From contig JBBQVM010000003.1 in the NCBI GenBank assembly GCA_038211525.1, positions 1 to 34,593 on the forward strand: DNA of 34,593 nucleotides, given 5' to 3'. This DNA comes from Bacteroidia bacterium (GTDB lineage: Bacteria > Bacteroidota > Bacteroidia > AKYH767-A > OLB10). The position numbers were made by a program, and so were the translations under genes. Positions 18,043 through 25,872 of the stretch are shown here, piece by piece. Numbering within the stretch: position 1 is the first letter of the stretch; each line of letters starts with the position of its first letter. Under the pieces are notes generated by a model that was not told the DNA's origin, made no database searches, and was given only the letters and a program-made list of their open reading frames with translations.

Positions 18043-18573
18043 TTAAAAAAGTGAGTGCGCTTCGTTCTTCACTTCGTCGATAGCATTTTGAACCGGGAAC
18101 TCTTCCGATTCGAGCATCGATTGAAATATCACTTTACTGAGCTCCACTCCTGCTGCATCAGGCTGGCATTGAGAAACCGAAACATTAATAAGTTTAATTA
18201 ATTCGTCGCGACTCTTCCGCACAATAGACCAGGCTGCATTGGTGACATAAACCTGCTGTGTAATATTATGTTCATATTCGGCCTTGATGTTCAGCAACAA
18301 TTCACGATGAAAAACCACCACATTCATCCCGGGCTCATAAACGCGAATCAACAAATTATTCGGCGATATGCGCTCCAGGTAAAGTACAATCCGTTCATAC
18401 GCCTGCAAACGAAGCGGCAGTAAATTTTGATCCATCGTCCGCTTCAGTTCCGCATATTTCATCTTCTGTTCGTTATCCAAAAACCTTTTAACGAGGAAGT
18501 AAGAAGTTCCAAAAACCAGCAGCGATGGCGCCAGGTAAACCAGGAAATCAATGACCCCTTGTGGTAAATTCAT
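18043..18573 (-). CDS. Conserved-looking Bacteroidota membrane-anchored hypothetical protein
   Basis: N-terminal TM helix and LPLRLQAYERIVLYLERISP...EYEHNITQQVYV; 26 nt upstream of the mutase on the same strand. Confidence 0.8.
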   Translation of the reverse strand: MNLPQGVIDFLVYLAPSLLVFGTSYFLVKRFLDNEQKMKYAELKRTMDQNLLPLRLQAYERIVLYLERISPNNLLIRVYEPGMNVVVFHRELLLNIKAEYEHNITQQVYVTNAAWSIVRKSRDELIKLINVSVSQCQPDAAGVELSKVIFQSMLESEEFPVQNAIDEVKNEAHSLF

Positions 18574-18677
18574 AATTTAATTGTGTTTAAAACGCAAATA
18601 TCGGTAATTGAGATGGGAAATGGAGGCGGTTGCTGCGGCGGCGGAGAACGGGTGGTTTTAACGAAACAATTTACTTT

Positions 18678-18836
18678 TCACTTCTTCCGTCCTGATTCTT
18701 TGAGTGCTTTTTGCAATAAATATTCGATTTGGGCATTGAGGCTACGGAAATCGTCGGCAGCCCACTTCTCCAGATCTTTGAGAGTGGCCGGACTGATTCT
18801 AAGAACGAACGCTTTTTTTTCCTCTTTTTCAGCCAT
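18678..18836 (-). CDS. Arc-family ribbon-helix-helix DNA-binding protein, 52 aa (absent from the ORF track)
   Basis: Manual translation MAEKEEKKAFVLRISPATLKDLEKWAADDFRSLNAQIEYLLQKALKESGRKK shows the FxLR strand and RSLNAQI helix. It starts 2 nt after the SPFH stop. Confidence 0.88.
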   Translation of the reverse strand: MAEKEEKKAFVLRISPATLKDLEKWAADDFRSLNAQIEYLLQKALKESGRKK

Positions 18837-18838
18837 GC

Positions 18839-19693
18839 TTAATTATATAGCGTGCCGGTATTAATTACAGGACTAACGTTTTTATCTCCGCAAAGGACCA
18901 CCAATAAATTACTTACCATAGATGCTTTTCGTTCTTCATCCAAAGTAATAATTTGTTTCTCATTGAGCTTGTGCAACGCCATTTCAACCATGCCTACTGC
19001 TCCTTCCACAATTTGCTTACGCGCTGCCACCACTGCAGTTGCTTGTTGACGTTGTAACATCGCTCCTGCTATTTCCTGAGCATAGGCAAGGTGACTAATA
19101 CGTGCTTCCATCACTACAATTCCCGCAGGAGCAAGTCGTTCGTTCAGTTCCTGCTCCAGCATCATATTTACTTGTCCTGATCCACCACGAAGTGTGATTT
19201 CGGCACTCTCATCTTCAAAATTATCATAGGGACAAGTGCCTGCCAAATGCCTTACCGATGCTTCACTTTGAATATGTACATACTGCACGTAATCATCCAC
19301 TTCAAAAGCTGCTTTAAAAGTATCTTTCACCTGCCATACTATTACCGCCGCAATTTCAATTGGGTTGCCTATTTTATCGTTTACCTTTAAGGGTGTTCCA
19401 TTTAAATTTCTCGCTTTAAGCGATATATTCCTTCTTATAATAAAAGGATTGACCCAGAAAAATCCGTTTTGCTTTACCGTTCCTTTGTAAGTTCCAAATA
19501 ACACCATCACCATAGATTCATTGGGATTTACTATCATGAATCCCCTAACAATAAATGGCACAAACGGTATTAAAGGCACCGCAATAAAAATCATTTCCTG
19601 CACCACTGCAACTATTACCGCTATTAATAATCCTAAGAATACTACCACCATTAAGTATCCTGATAAAGGGTTGAACTCAGATTCTGTTTTCAT
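18839..19693 (-). CDS. SPFH (band 7) domain membrane protein
   Basis: Two N-terminal TM segments, LFGTYKGTV...GFFWVNPF, KVNDKIGNPIEIAAVIVWQV and ARISHLAYAQEIAGAMLQRQQA. Confidence 0.92.
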   Translation of the reverse strand: MKTESEFNPLSGYLMVVVFLGLLIAVIVAVVQEMIFIAVPLIPFVPFIVRGFMIVNPNESMVMVLFGTYKGTVKQNGFFWVNPFIIRRNISLKARNLNGTPLKVNDKIGNPIEIAAVIVWQVKDTFKAAFEVDDYVQYVHIQSEASVRHLAGTCPYDNFEDESAEITLRGGSGQVNMMLEQELNERLAPAGIVVMEARISHLAYAQEIAGAMLQRQQATAVVAARKQIVEGAVGMVEMALHKLNEKQIITLDEERKASMVSNLLVVLCGDKNVSPVINTGTLYN

Positions 19694-19708
19694 ATTAAGT
19701 TATTTTAG

Positions 19709-19754
19709 TATCATTTTGATATCACAATGATAAAAGGTTTTTTTCTGAAGTCAA
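19709..19754 (-). promoter_or_regulatory. Promoter with overlapping tandem palindromic operator for the SPFH-Arc operon
   Basis: TATCA-N3-TGATA occurs twice (19709-19721 and 19720-19732). A minus-strand -7-like TATCATTG lies at 19732-19725, with TTG 19 nt upstream. Confidence 0.65.
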
Positions 19755-19845
19755 TAGATAATCCGAAAAATAATTACAAAGCATTGTCAATCAGACCAAT
19801 AATTTTGTTATTTCCTTAGCTTACCCTCCTCATAACCATTTGTAT

Positions 19846-19853
19846 TAGTTTTG
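19846..19853 (+). promoter_or_regulatory. Bacteroidota -7 promoter element
   Basis: TAGTTTTG 23 nt upstream of ATG 19877. Confidence 0.6.
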
Positions 19854-19876
19854 CGTTCAATTTCGAAAACCAAGCA

Positions 19877-21070
19877 ATGACAAAATTAGCCGATCGTATC
19901 AATCATCTTTCTGAATCTCAAACCATTGCAATGGCTAAATTGAGTCGCGATTTACAAGATCAGGGACATGATATTATTAGTTTAAGTTTAGGCGAACCCG
20001 ATTTTGTCACACCAGCCGACATCCGCGAAAGCGCTAAGAAGGCTATTGATGAGGGATTTACTAAATATACTCCTATTGCCGGTTTTGCCGATTTACGGAA
20101 AGCGATATCCGATAAGTTTAAAAATGAAAATAATCTGGATTATTCACCCGATCAAATCATTGTATCAACAGGTGCTAAACAGTCAATTGCCAATGTAGTG
20201 TTGAGCCTGGTGAATCCCGGTGACGAGGTGATTGTTCCCGCTCCGTATTGGGTGAGTTACACACAGATGATAAAACTTGCCGAAGGCATTCCCGTATTTG
20301 TAAATTCTACCGTTGAAGGCGATTATAAGGTCACCGCTGAACAGATCCGTAAAGCGATTACACCCAAAACAAAATTGCTTATTTTTTCATCACCCTGCAA
20401 CCCTTCGGGAACTGTTTACACCCGCATCGAACTGGAAGAAATTGCTAAGGTTATTGCTGAATTTGAGGATGTTTACATTGTGTCTGATGAGATTTATGAG
20501 CACATTAATTTTTACGGAAATCACGAGAGTATTGCTCAGTTCGATTTTATTAAGGAACGGGTAATTATTGTGAATGGTGTTTCGAAAGGGTATGCTATGA
20601 CGGGTTGGCGCATTGGCTATATTGGTGCTCCAAAATGGATCGCTCAGGCATGCGACAAAATGCAGGGACAATTTACATCGGGAACGAGCTCTATATCACA
20701 AAAAGCAGCCACAGCAGCACTTCAATCGGGAACAGGGTTTTATACTGAAATGAGGGAAACCTACCTGCGTCGGCGCAACTTGGTAATTAATATGTTACGT
20801 GATATTGATGGCCTCAAAGTAAACATTCCAATGGGTGCGTTTTACGTTTTCCCTGATGTGAGTGCTTTCTTTGGAAAAACGGATGGCACCACCACTATTA
20901 ATAATGCAACCGATTTCTGTATGTTTTTGCTTAAGGATGCCGGTGTTTCTATGGTCACCGGAGAGGCTTTTGGCGATGATAATTGCGTTCGCATTTCGTA
21001 TGCTACCTCCGACGAATTGTTAGTAAAAGCCTTCACAAGGGTGAAAGTGAGTCTCGCCAAACTGCATTGA
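19877..21070 (+). CDS. PLP-dependent aminotransferase class I/II (aspartate aminotransferase-like)
   Basis: LSLGEPDF, PAPYWVSY, SPCNPSG, SDEIYEH and NGVSKGYAMTGWRIGY (PLP lysine). Confidence 0.93.
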   Translation: MTKLADRINHLSESQTIAMAKLSRDLQDQGHDIISLSLGEPDFVTPADIRESAKKAIDEGFTKYTPIAGFADLRKAISDKFKNENNLDYSPDQIIVSTGAKQSIANVVLSLVNPGDEVIVPAPYWVSYTQMIKLAEGIPVFVNSTVEGDYKVTAEQIRKAITPKTKLLIFSSPCNPSGTVYTRIELEEIAKVIAEFEDVYIVSDEIYEHINFYGNHESIAQFDFIKERVIIVNGVSKGYAMTGWRIGYIGAPKWIAQACDKMQGQFTSGTSSISQKAATAALQSGTGFYTEMRETYLRRRNLVINMLRDIDGLKVNIPMGAFYVFPDVSAFFGKTDGTTTINNATDFCMFLLKDAGVSMVTGEAFGDDNCVRISYATSDELLVKAFTRVKVSLAKLH

Positions 21071-21084
21071 TCCATTTTTTCAGT

Positions 21085-21092
21085 TAACTTTG
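21085..21092 (+). promoter_or_regulatory. Bacteroidota -7 promoter element
   Basis: TAACTTTG 22 nt upstream of GTG 21115. Confidence 0.55.
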
Positions 21093-21114
21093 CCCTCCGA
21101 AAGGCAATTTTATA

Positions 21115-22134
21115 GTGAAATACACAAACAACATCAGGGAAATTATTGATTCGTTTTCAGGCTTGAAAGCGATGATCATTGGTGACGTCATGACCGATGC
21201 CTATGTTTTTGGCAAGGTTGATCGCATCTCTCCCGAGGCACCTGTTCCTGTAGTGCATATTACCGGTCGTGAAATGCGGCCCGGTGGTGCTGCCAACGTT
21301 GCTATTAATATTAAGGCGCTTGGCGCGAAGCCTATTTTATGTTCCGTTACCGGTGATGATGAGGGCAGTGAGGAATTTATTCAATTGTTGAAGAAAGAAA
21401 ATATCAGCTCCTCCGGAATCCTTAAAATAAAAGGTAGAAAAACTACAATCAAAACTAGAGTGATTGGAAATAACCATCAACTGTTGCGTGTTGATGATGA
21501 AACAATTGAAAATTTGGAAGGCGGTGATGCCGATGCATTTATTCAAAAATGCATTTCACTAATTGATAACGAAAAACCTGATGTAATAATTTTTGAAGAT
21601 TATGATAAAGGTGTTTTAACTTCATCAGTAATTAACAGCATTACAAATGAGGCGCTTTCGCGGAAGATTCCCGTGACTGTAGATCCGAAAAAGAAAAATT
21701 TTAATTCTTATCATAACGTCACACTCTTTAAACCCAATTTGCACGAATTAAAAAGTGGATTGGGAATTTCTATCGATCAGCTTAACAATGAAAGTCTGCA
21801 AAAAGCGGTAACCGAATTACTGAATGAAAGAAAAATGACTATGGTGATGGTAACGCTTTCTGAAGCAGGTGTTTTTATTGCATCAAAAAATGAGGCAATG
21901 ATGATACCCGCACATGTGAGAAACATTTCGGATGTATCAGGAGCCGGCGATACTGTTATTAGCGTGGCATCACTCTGTGTTGCATTGAATTTACCCAAAG
22001 AAATAATAGCTGGACTGGCCAACCTCGCAGGCGGAATGGTTTGTGAATTAGTTGGTGTGGTTCCTATTAATAGAGAAAAATTTATTGAAGAGGTCGAAAA
22101 AATTCCATCACTCCTTGAAACACAAAAGAACTAA
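21115..22134 (+). CDS. rfaE1: D-glycero-beta-D-manno-heptose-7-phosphate kinase (HldE/RfaE domain I only; PfkB family)
   Basis: IGDVMTDAY...RISPEAPVPVV, GGAANVA, KTRVIG...QLLRVD, DYDKG, VDPK and DVSGAGDTV. Confidence 0.88.
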   Translation: MKYTNNIREIIDSFSGLKAMIIGDVMTDAYVFGKVDRISPEAPVPVVHITGREMRPGGAANVAINIKALGAKPILCSVTGDDEGSEEFIQLLKKENISSSGILKIKGRKTTIKTRVIGNNHQLLRVDDETIENLEGGDADAFIQKCISLIDNEKPDVIIFEDYDKGVLTSSVINSITNEALSRKIPVTVDPKKKNFNSYHNVTLFKPNLHELKSGLGISIDQLNNESLQKAVTELLNERKMTMVMVTLSEAGVFIASKNEAMMIPAHVRNISDVSGAGDTVISVASLCVALNLPKEIIAGLANLAGGMVCELVGVVPINREKFIEEVEKIPSLLETQKN

Positions 22135-22137
22135 ACT

Positions 22138-23949
22138 ATGTCGGTAGAGACGTTCAGGGAGCGAGTCAATTTAAAAATATTTAACAGCAAAGATACTGTA
22201 GCCTTAATATTTAGGATACAGAGTTCTTTAGTGGCAGTGTTAGCAATTGGTTTATTAATTTACAGTATCGGATTTCCACAAAATGATGAGAGTCGTAAAG
22301 TGGAAATATTTTTCATGAAATTTCTTTTTGGATTTTATATACTCAACTACTTCGTTCGTTTTTTATACACCTTTGAACCGGGTCGTTTCTTGCGATCTAC
22401 CTGGCTCGAACTGGTACTCGTAATATTATTAATTGTTGAAGCATTCAGTACGCTTCTTTTCGAAACACCACTTATTAGATCCATCTTAACCGGCGTTGGA
22501 TTTGGTGCGTACCTATCTGTTTATCATATTCTTTTACAACTAGTTTTGCTCACATTACTGGTTATAGATCTTGCTAAAGTGAGTACCTTACTTGATTTGG
22601 TTGATCTAGAAGCAAGCACCATGTTCATCTTGTCGTTTATCATATTGATTGGTGGTGGTTCGCTCTTGCTGATGCTTCCTGAAATGACCACAGATCACAT
22701 GGGCTCCGACTGGATGACAGCACTTTTTACCTCAACAAGTGCCAGTTGTGTAACAGGATTAATTATTGTGGATACGGCAACCTATTTTACTTTTAAAGGT
22801 CATCTGGTAATTATGTTATTGATTCAACTTGGCGGATTAAACATCATTTCCTTTGCTACCTTTTTTGCATCGTTGTACTCGAAAGGAGTTGGGATAAAAC
22901 ACCATTCTATGATGCAGGATTTTTTCAGTTCAGGCTCCTTGTTTGATGCAAAGGCCTTACTTCGCCAAATTATATTCATGACTGTTTTGATAGAAGGAAT
23001 AGGGACTATTATAATTTTTTCCTTATGGGATCCGGCCATTAACTTCACCTCATTCGGACAAAAATTTTTCTATTCTATTTTTCATACCATCTCAGCCTTT
23101 AACAACGCAGGATTTTCGTTATTCACCAATGGATTATACGAACCATTAATCAAAAACTCCTATATATTGCATCTGGCTTTTGCAGGATTAATATTTTTCG
23201 GCAGTTTGGGGTTTTCCACCATTCGCGATATTTTCGGGGTTGGTGCTATGCGGGAGCGGATGCGGTTGCCTTGGAAAAAATATCAGTTAAGTACTCAAAT
23301 TTCGTTGTACAGCTCGGTCATTCTTATAGTATTTGGTACAGTTATTTTTTACTTTACCGAAAAGGATCACATCTTATCGCATCAGGTATCCTTTGAGGCA
23401 GCAATTTCATCGGTGTTTCAATCTATTACATGTCGTACAGCCGGCTTTAATACCGTTGATACCGGTCAGTTGCAAGTGCCCACTTTAATTTTGATGATAT
23501 TCCTGATGTTTATTGGTGCTTCATCCGGATCAACAGGCGGTGGGATTAAGACTTCTACTTTCACCTTAATAATTGTTTCCTCAATAGCAACATTAAGAGG
23601 CAAACGTAACCTGGAGTTGTTCAAACATAACATATCTTGGGATCTGTTGAACAAGGCCTTTTCCATCTTTATGTTTTCTGCCTCCTTCATTTTTGCCGCT
23701 ACGTTTATACTCTCCGTTATAGAACCCGGAATAGACATTATAAAATTATTATTCGAAGAAGTTTCTGCATTTGCAACCGTAGGATTGTCAACAGGAATTA
23801 CTGCTGAATTATCAGAAACTTCAAAATACCTACTTATTGTAACCATGTTTGTTGGAAGAATCGGTACACTTACTCTTGGCTATGCCTTAAGCAGAAAAGT
23901 AATTACCAAAGCCTACAAATATCCCAATGCACACTTCATGATTGGTTAA
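22138..23949 (+). CDS. trkH: TrkH/KtrB family potassium uptake membrane protein with an N-terminal multi-TM extension
   Basis: Four pore loops SASCVTGL, SAFNNAGFS, TCRTAGFNT and SAFATVGLS; GASSGSTGGGIK; MFVGRIG. Confidence 0.9.
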   Translation: MSVETFRERVNLKIFNSKDTVALIFRIQSSLVAVLAIGLLIYSIGFPQNDESRKVEIFFMKFLFGFYILNYFVRFLYTFEPGRFLRSTWLELVLVILLIVEAFSTLLFETPLIRSILTGVGFGAYLSVYHILLQLVLLTLLVIDLAKVSTLLDLVDLEASTMFILSFIILIGGGSLLLMLPEMTTDHMGSDWMTALFTSTSASCVTGLIIVDTATYFTFKGHLVIMLLIQLGGLNIISFATFFASLYSKGVGIKHHSMMQDFFSSGSLFDAKALLRQIIFMTVLIEGIGTIIIFSLWDPAINFTSFGQKFFYSIFHTISAFNNAGFSLFTNGLYEPLIKNSYILHLAFAGLIFFGSLGFSTIRDIFGVGAMRERMRLPWKKYQLSTQISLYSSVILIVFGTVIFYFTEKDHILSHQVSFEAAISSVFQSITCRTAGFNTVDTGQLQVPTLILMIFLMFIGASSGSTGGGIKTSTFTLIIVSSIATLRGKRNLELFKHNISWDLLNKAFSIFMFSASFIFAATFILSVIEPGIDIIKLLFEEVSAFATVGLSTGITAELSETSKYLLIVTMFVGRIGTLTLGYALSRKVITKAYKYPNAHFMIG

Positions 23950-23990
23950 CTTGTTTGCTTGAAACCTGTTTACTGATTAAATATAAAATA

Positions 23991-24752
23991 ATGAATTCCG
24001 TCGATACAAAAACAAACTCAACCACTTCATCTGTTACACCATACGGCAACACCGGGATGGGAAAAAAGCAGGAAGTAGCTTTGATGTTCGACAATATTTC
24101 TGGACGTTACGATTTTCTGAACCATTTATTATCGATGGGAATCGACAAAGGATGGCGCAGGAAAGCAATTAGTTTACTCAAATCAAATCCCCCTGCTCGT
24201 TTGTTGGATATTGCCACAGGCACAGGCGATTTTGCCATTGCCGCACTGGAAGCTCATCCCGGCAAGGTAACCGGAATAGATATTTCTGAAGGGATGCTGG
24301 AATCGGGAAGAAAAAAATTAGTAGAAAGAAATTTATCAGATAAAATAGAGTTATTGAAAGGGGATGCGGAAAATATTTCTTTTGCCGACAATACATTCGA
24401 TGCAGCAATAGTAGCATTTGGCGTTCGTAATTTTGAAGATCTGGATACCGGTTTAACTCAAATTAACAGGGTATTGAAACCGGGAGGACAATTTATTGTA
24501 CTCGAATTCTCTAACCCCAAATCCTTTCCAATTAAACAATTATATGCATGCTATTCCCGTTACATCCTGCCTACTATCGGACGAATGGTATCGAAGGATC
24601 AGGCAGCCTACTCCTACCTTCCCGAATCGGTGAAGGCCTTTCCTGATGGAGAACGTTTCCTGAAAAGAATGCAGTTGTCGGGGTTTATTAACACCAAACA
24701 AAAACTACTTACATTTGGAATTGCCTCTATCTATAGCGGCACTAAAAAATAA
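23991..24752 (+). CDS. ubiE: Demethylmenaquinone methyltransferase (UbiE/MenG); ATG 23991 preferred over TTG 23955
   Basis: KKQEVALMFDNIS..YDFLNHLLSMGID..WR, SAM motif LLDIATGTGD, AFGVRNF, RVLKPGG and AYSYLPESV. Confidence 0.93.
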   Translation: MNSVDTKTNSTTSSVTPYGNTGMGKKQEVALMFDNISGRYDFLNHLLSMGIDKGWRRKAISLLKSNPPARLLDIATGTGDFAIAALEAHPGKVTGIDISEGMLESGRKKLVERNLSDKIELLKGDAENISFADNTFDAAIVAFGVRNFEDLDTGLTQINRVLKPGGQFIVLEFSNPKSFPIKQLYACYSRYILPTIGRMVSKDQAAYSYLPESVKAFPDGERFLKRMQLSGFINTKQKLLTFGIASIYSGTKK

Positions 24753-24761
24753 TATTGAATA

Positions 24762-25499
24762 GTGAATAAATTAAGGAATCTATTTTTAAAACGAGTTAGC
24801 CTCAGCCTGTTATTTTTAACAGTGCTGATAGCATGCTGTTCCATAGATGCATCGGCGCAACGAAAAAAAGTCCAGAACCTTCCAAAGTACGATACTCAAA
24901 AAATACATTTTGGATTTTTACTTGGTATTAATAAAACAGATTTTGTTATTAAACGAATTCCACAGTTTAATAAGATTGACAGTCTCTATTCAGTAGAATC
25001 GGTAGGACAAACCGGCTTCAACCTTGGTATCATCGCTAATCTAAAAATTAGTGAACATTTCGATCTCCGCTTCATCCCTGATCTTGCATTTTCATCCAGA
25101 AATCTGGAGTATACTTTTTATACCCTCGGCGTTAAATCAACAACCATCAAAGCAATCGAGTCATCTTTCATGGAATTTCCGCTCGATTTAAAATTTAAAT
25201 CGAATCGCATTAATAACTACCGTGCCTATGTGCTAGTGGGAGCTAAGTACAACATCGATATGGTTTCTCAAGCTAAAGTAGAAAGTGCCGATAAAGATTT
25301 TGTAAAATTAAAAAAGAAAGATTACGGTTATCAGATTGGCCTAGGATTCGATTTTTATCTTGAAAGGTTTAAGTTTTCTCCAGAAATAAAAATGTACCAC
25401 GGCCTAAATAATCTCCTGGTACCCGATCCCAAAATTTATTCCACCTCCCTCGAATCCCTCCGCTCCAAAATTTTCCTAATCTCCTTTACATTCGAATAA
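24762..25499 (+). CDS. porT: T9SS outer-membrane beta-barrel protein PorT/SprT
   Basis: Signal peptide, NLPKYDTQKIHFGFLLGIN, FDLRFIP, FPLDLKFKSNRINNYRAY, FKFSPEIK and terminal ISFTFE; lies directly downstream of ubiE. Confidence 0.88.
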   Translation: MNKLRNLFLKRVSLSLLFLTVLIACCSIDASAQRKKVQNLPKYDTQKIHFGFLLGINKTDFVIKRIPQFNKIDSLYSVESVGQTGFNLGIIANLKISEHFDLRFIPDLAFSSRNLEYTFYTLGVKSTTIKAIESSFMEFPLDLKFKSNRINNYRAYVLVGAKYNIDMVSQAKVESADKDFVKLKKKDYGYQIGLGFDFYLERFKFSPEIKMYHGLNNLLVPDPKIYSTSLESLRSKIFLISFTFE

Positions 25500-25519
25500 T
25501 AATCACTCGTCACTAACCA

Positions 25520-25566
25520 CCTGCCCACTTTATTACATACAAATTTAATTTAACTCACAAGGCAGG
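25520..25566. mobile_element. Putative 47-bp miniature insert with CCTGCC/GGCAGG termini
   Basis: It interrupts the unit AACCA|CT; removing it restores the heptamer exactly. Confidence 0.5.
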
Positions 25567-25676
25567 CTGGTCACTGGTCACTAATTACTGGTCACTTACC
25601 ACTGGTAACTGGTAACTGGTCACTGGTCACTAATTACTGGTCACTGGCCACTGATCACTTGCCACTGGTAACTGGT

Positions 25677-25706
25677 CCTGCCATCACTGACGCTCTGGCA
25701 GGCAGG
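25677..25706. mobile_element. Putative 30-bp miniature palindromic (REP-like) insert with CCTGCC/GGCAGG termini
   Basis: CCTGCCATCACTGACGCTCTGGCAGGCAGG interrupts the unit GGT|CACT; removing it restores the heptamer exactly. Confidence 0.55.
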
Positions 25707-25872
25707 CACTGATCACCGGTCACTAATTACTGGTCACTTGTCACTGATCACTGGTAACTGCTCACTAATTACTGGTCACTTGTCACTCGAACCGGTCACT
25801 AATTACTGGTCACCTGCTCACTAATTACTGGTCACTGGTCACTTAAAACTGGTCACTTAAAACTAATCGCAA

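Larger units (their letters stand above)
25501..25864. repeat. Degenerate heptanucleotide tandem array (consensus GGTCACT, about 41 units) with two embedded inserts
   Basis: Parses as NNN(C/A/T)ACT units (GGTCACT, AATTACT, GGTAACT, GATCACT, TGTCACT). 41x7 + 47 + 30 = 364 bp. Confidence 0.95.

Noticed and set aside
18017-18677. Cobalamin riboswitch upstream of the mutase
   Set aside because: The intergenic gaps are short (26 and about 104 nt) and no B12-box was recognised.
18583-18864. 93-aa plus-strand ORF with a GGGCCGGG motif
   Set aside because: It is the antisense shadow of the Arc gene plus translation of the GC-rich tract, and has no recognisable domain.
24565-24608. CCTGCC...GGCAGC inside ubiE as a third mini-element
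   Set aside because: It encodes ordinary conserved UbiE sequence (ILPTIGRMVSKDQAAY) with no insertion, and the terminus is imperfect.
25578-25836. CRISPR-like recurrence of TCACTAATTACTGGTCAC
   Set aside because: Spacing is irregular (49, 93, 42, 34, 22 bp), the intervening DNA consists of the same heptamers rather than unique spacers, and no cas genes are present.
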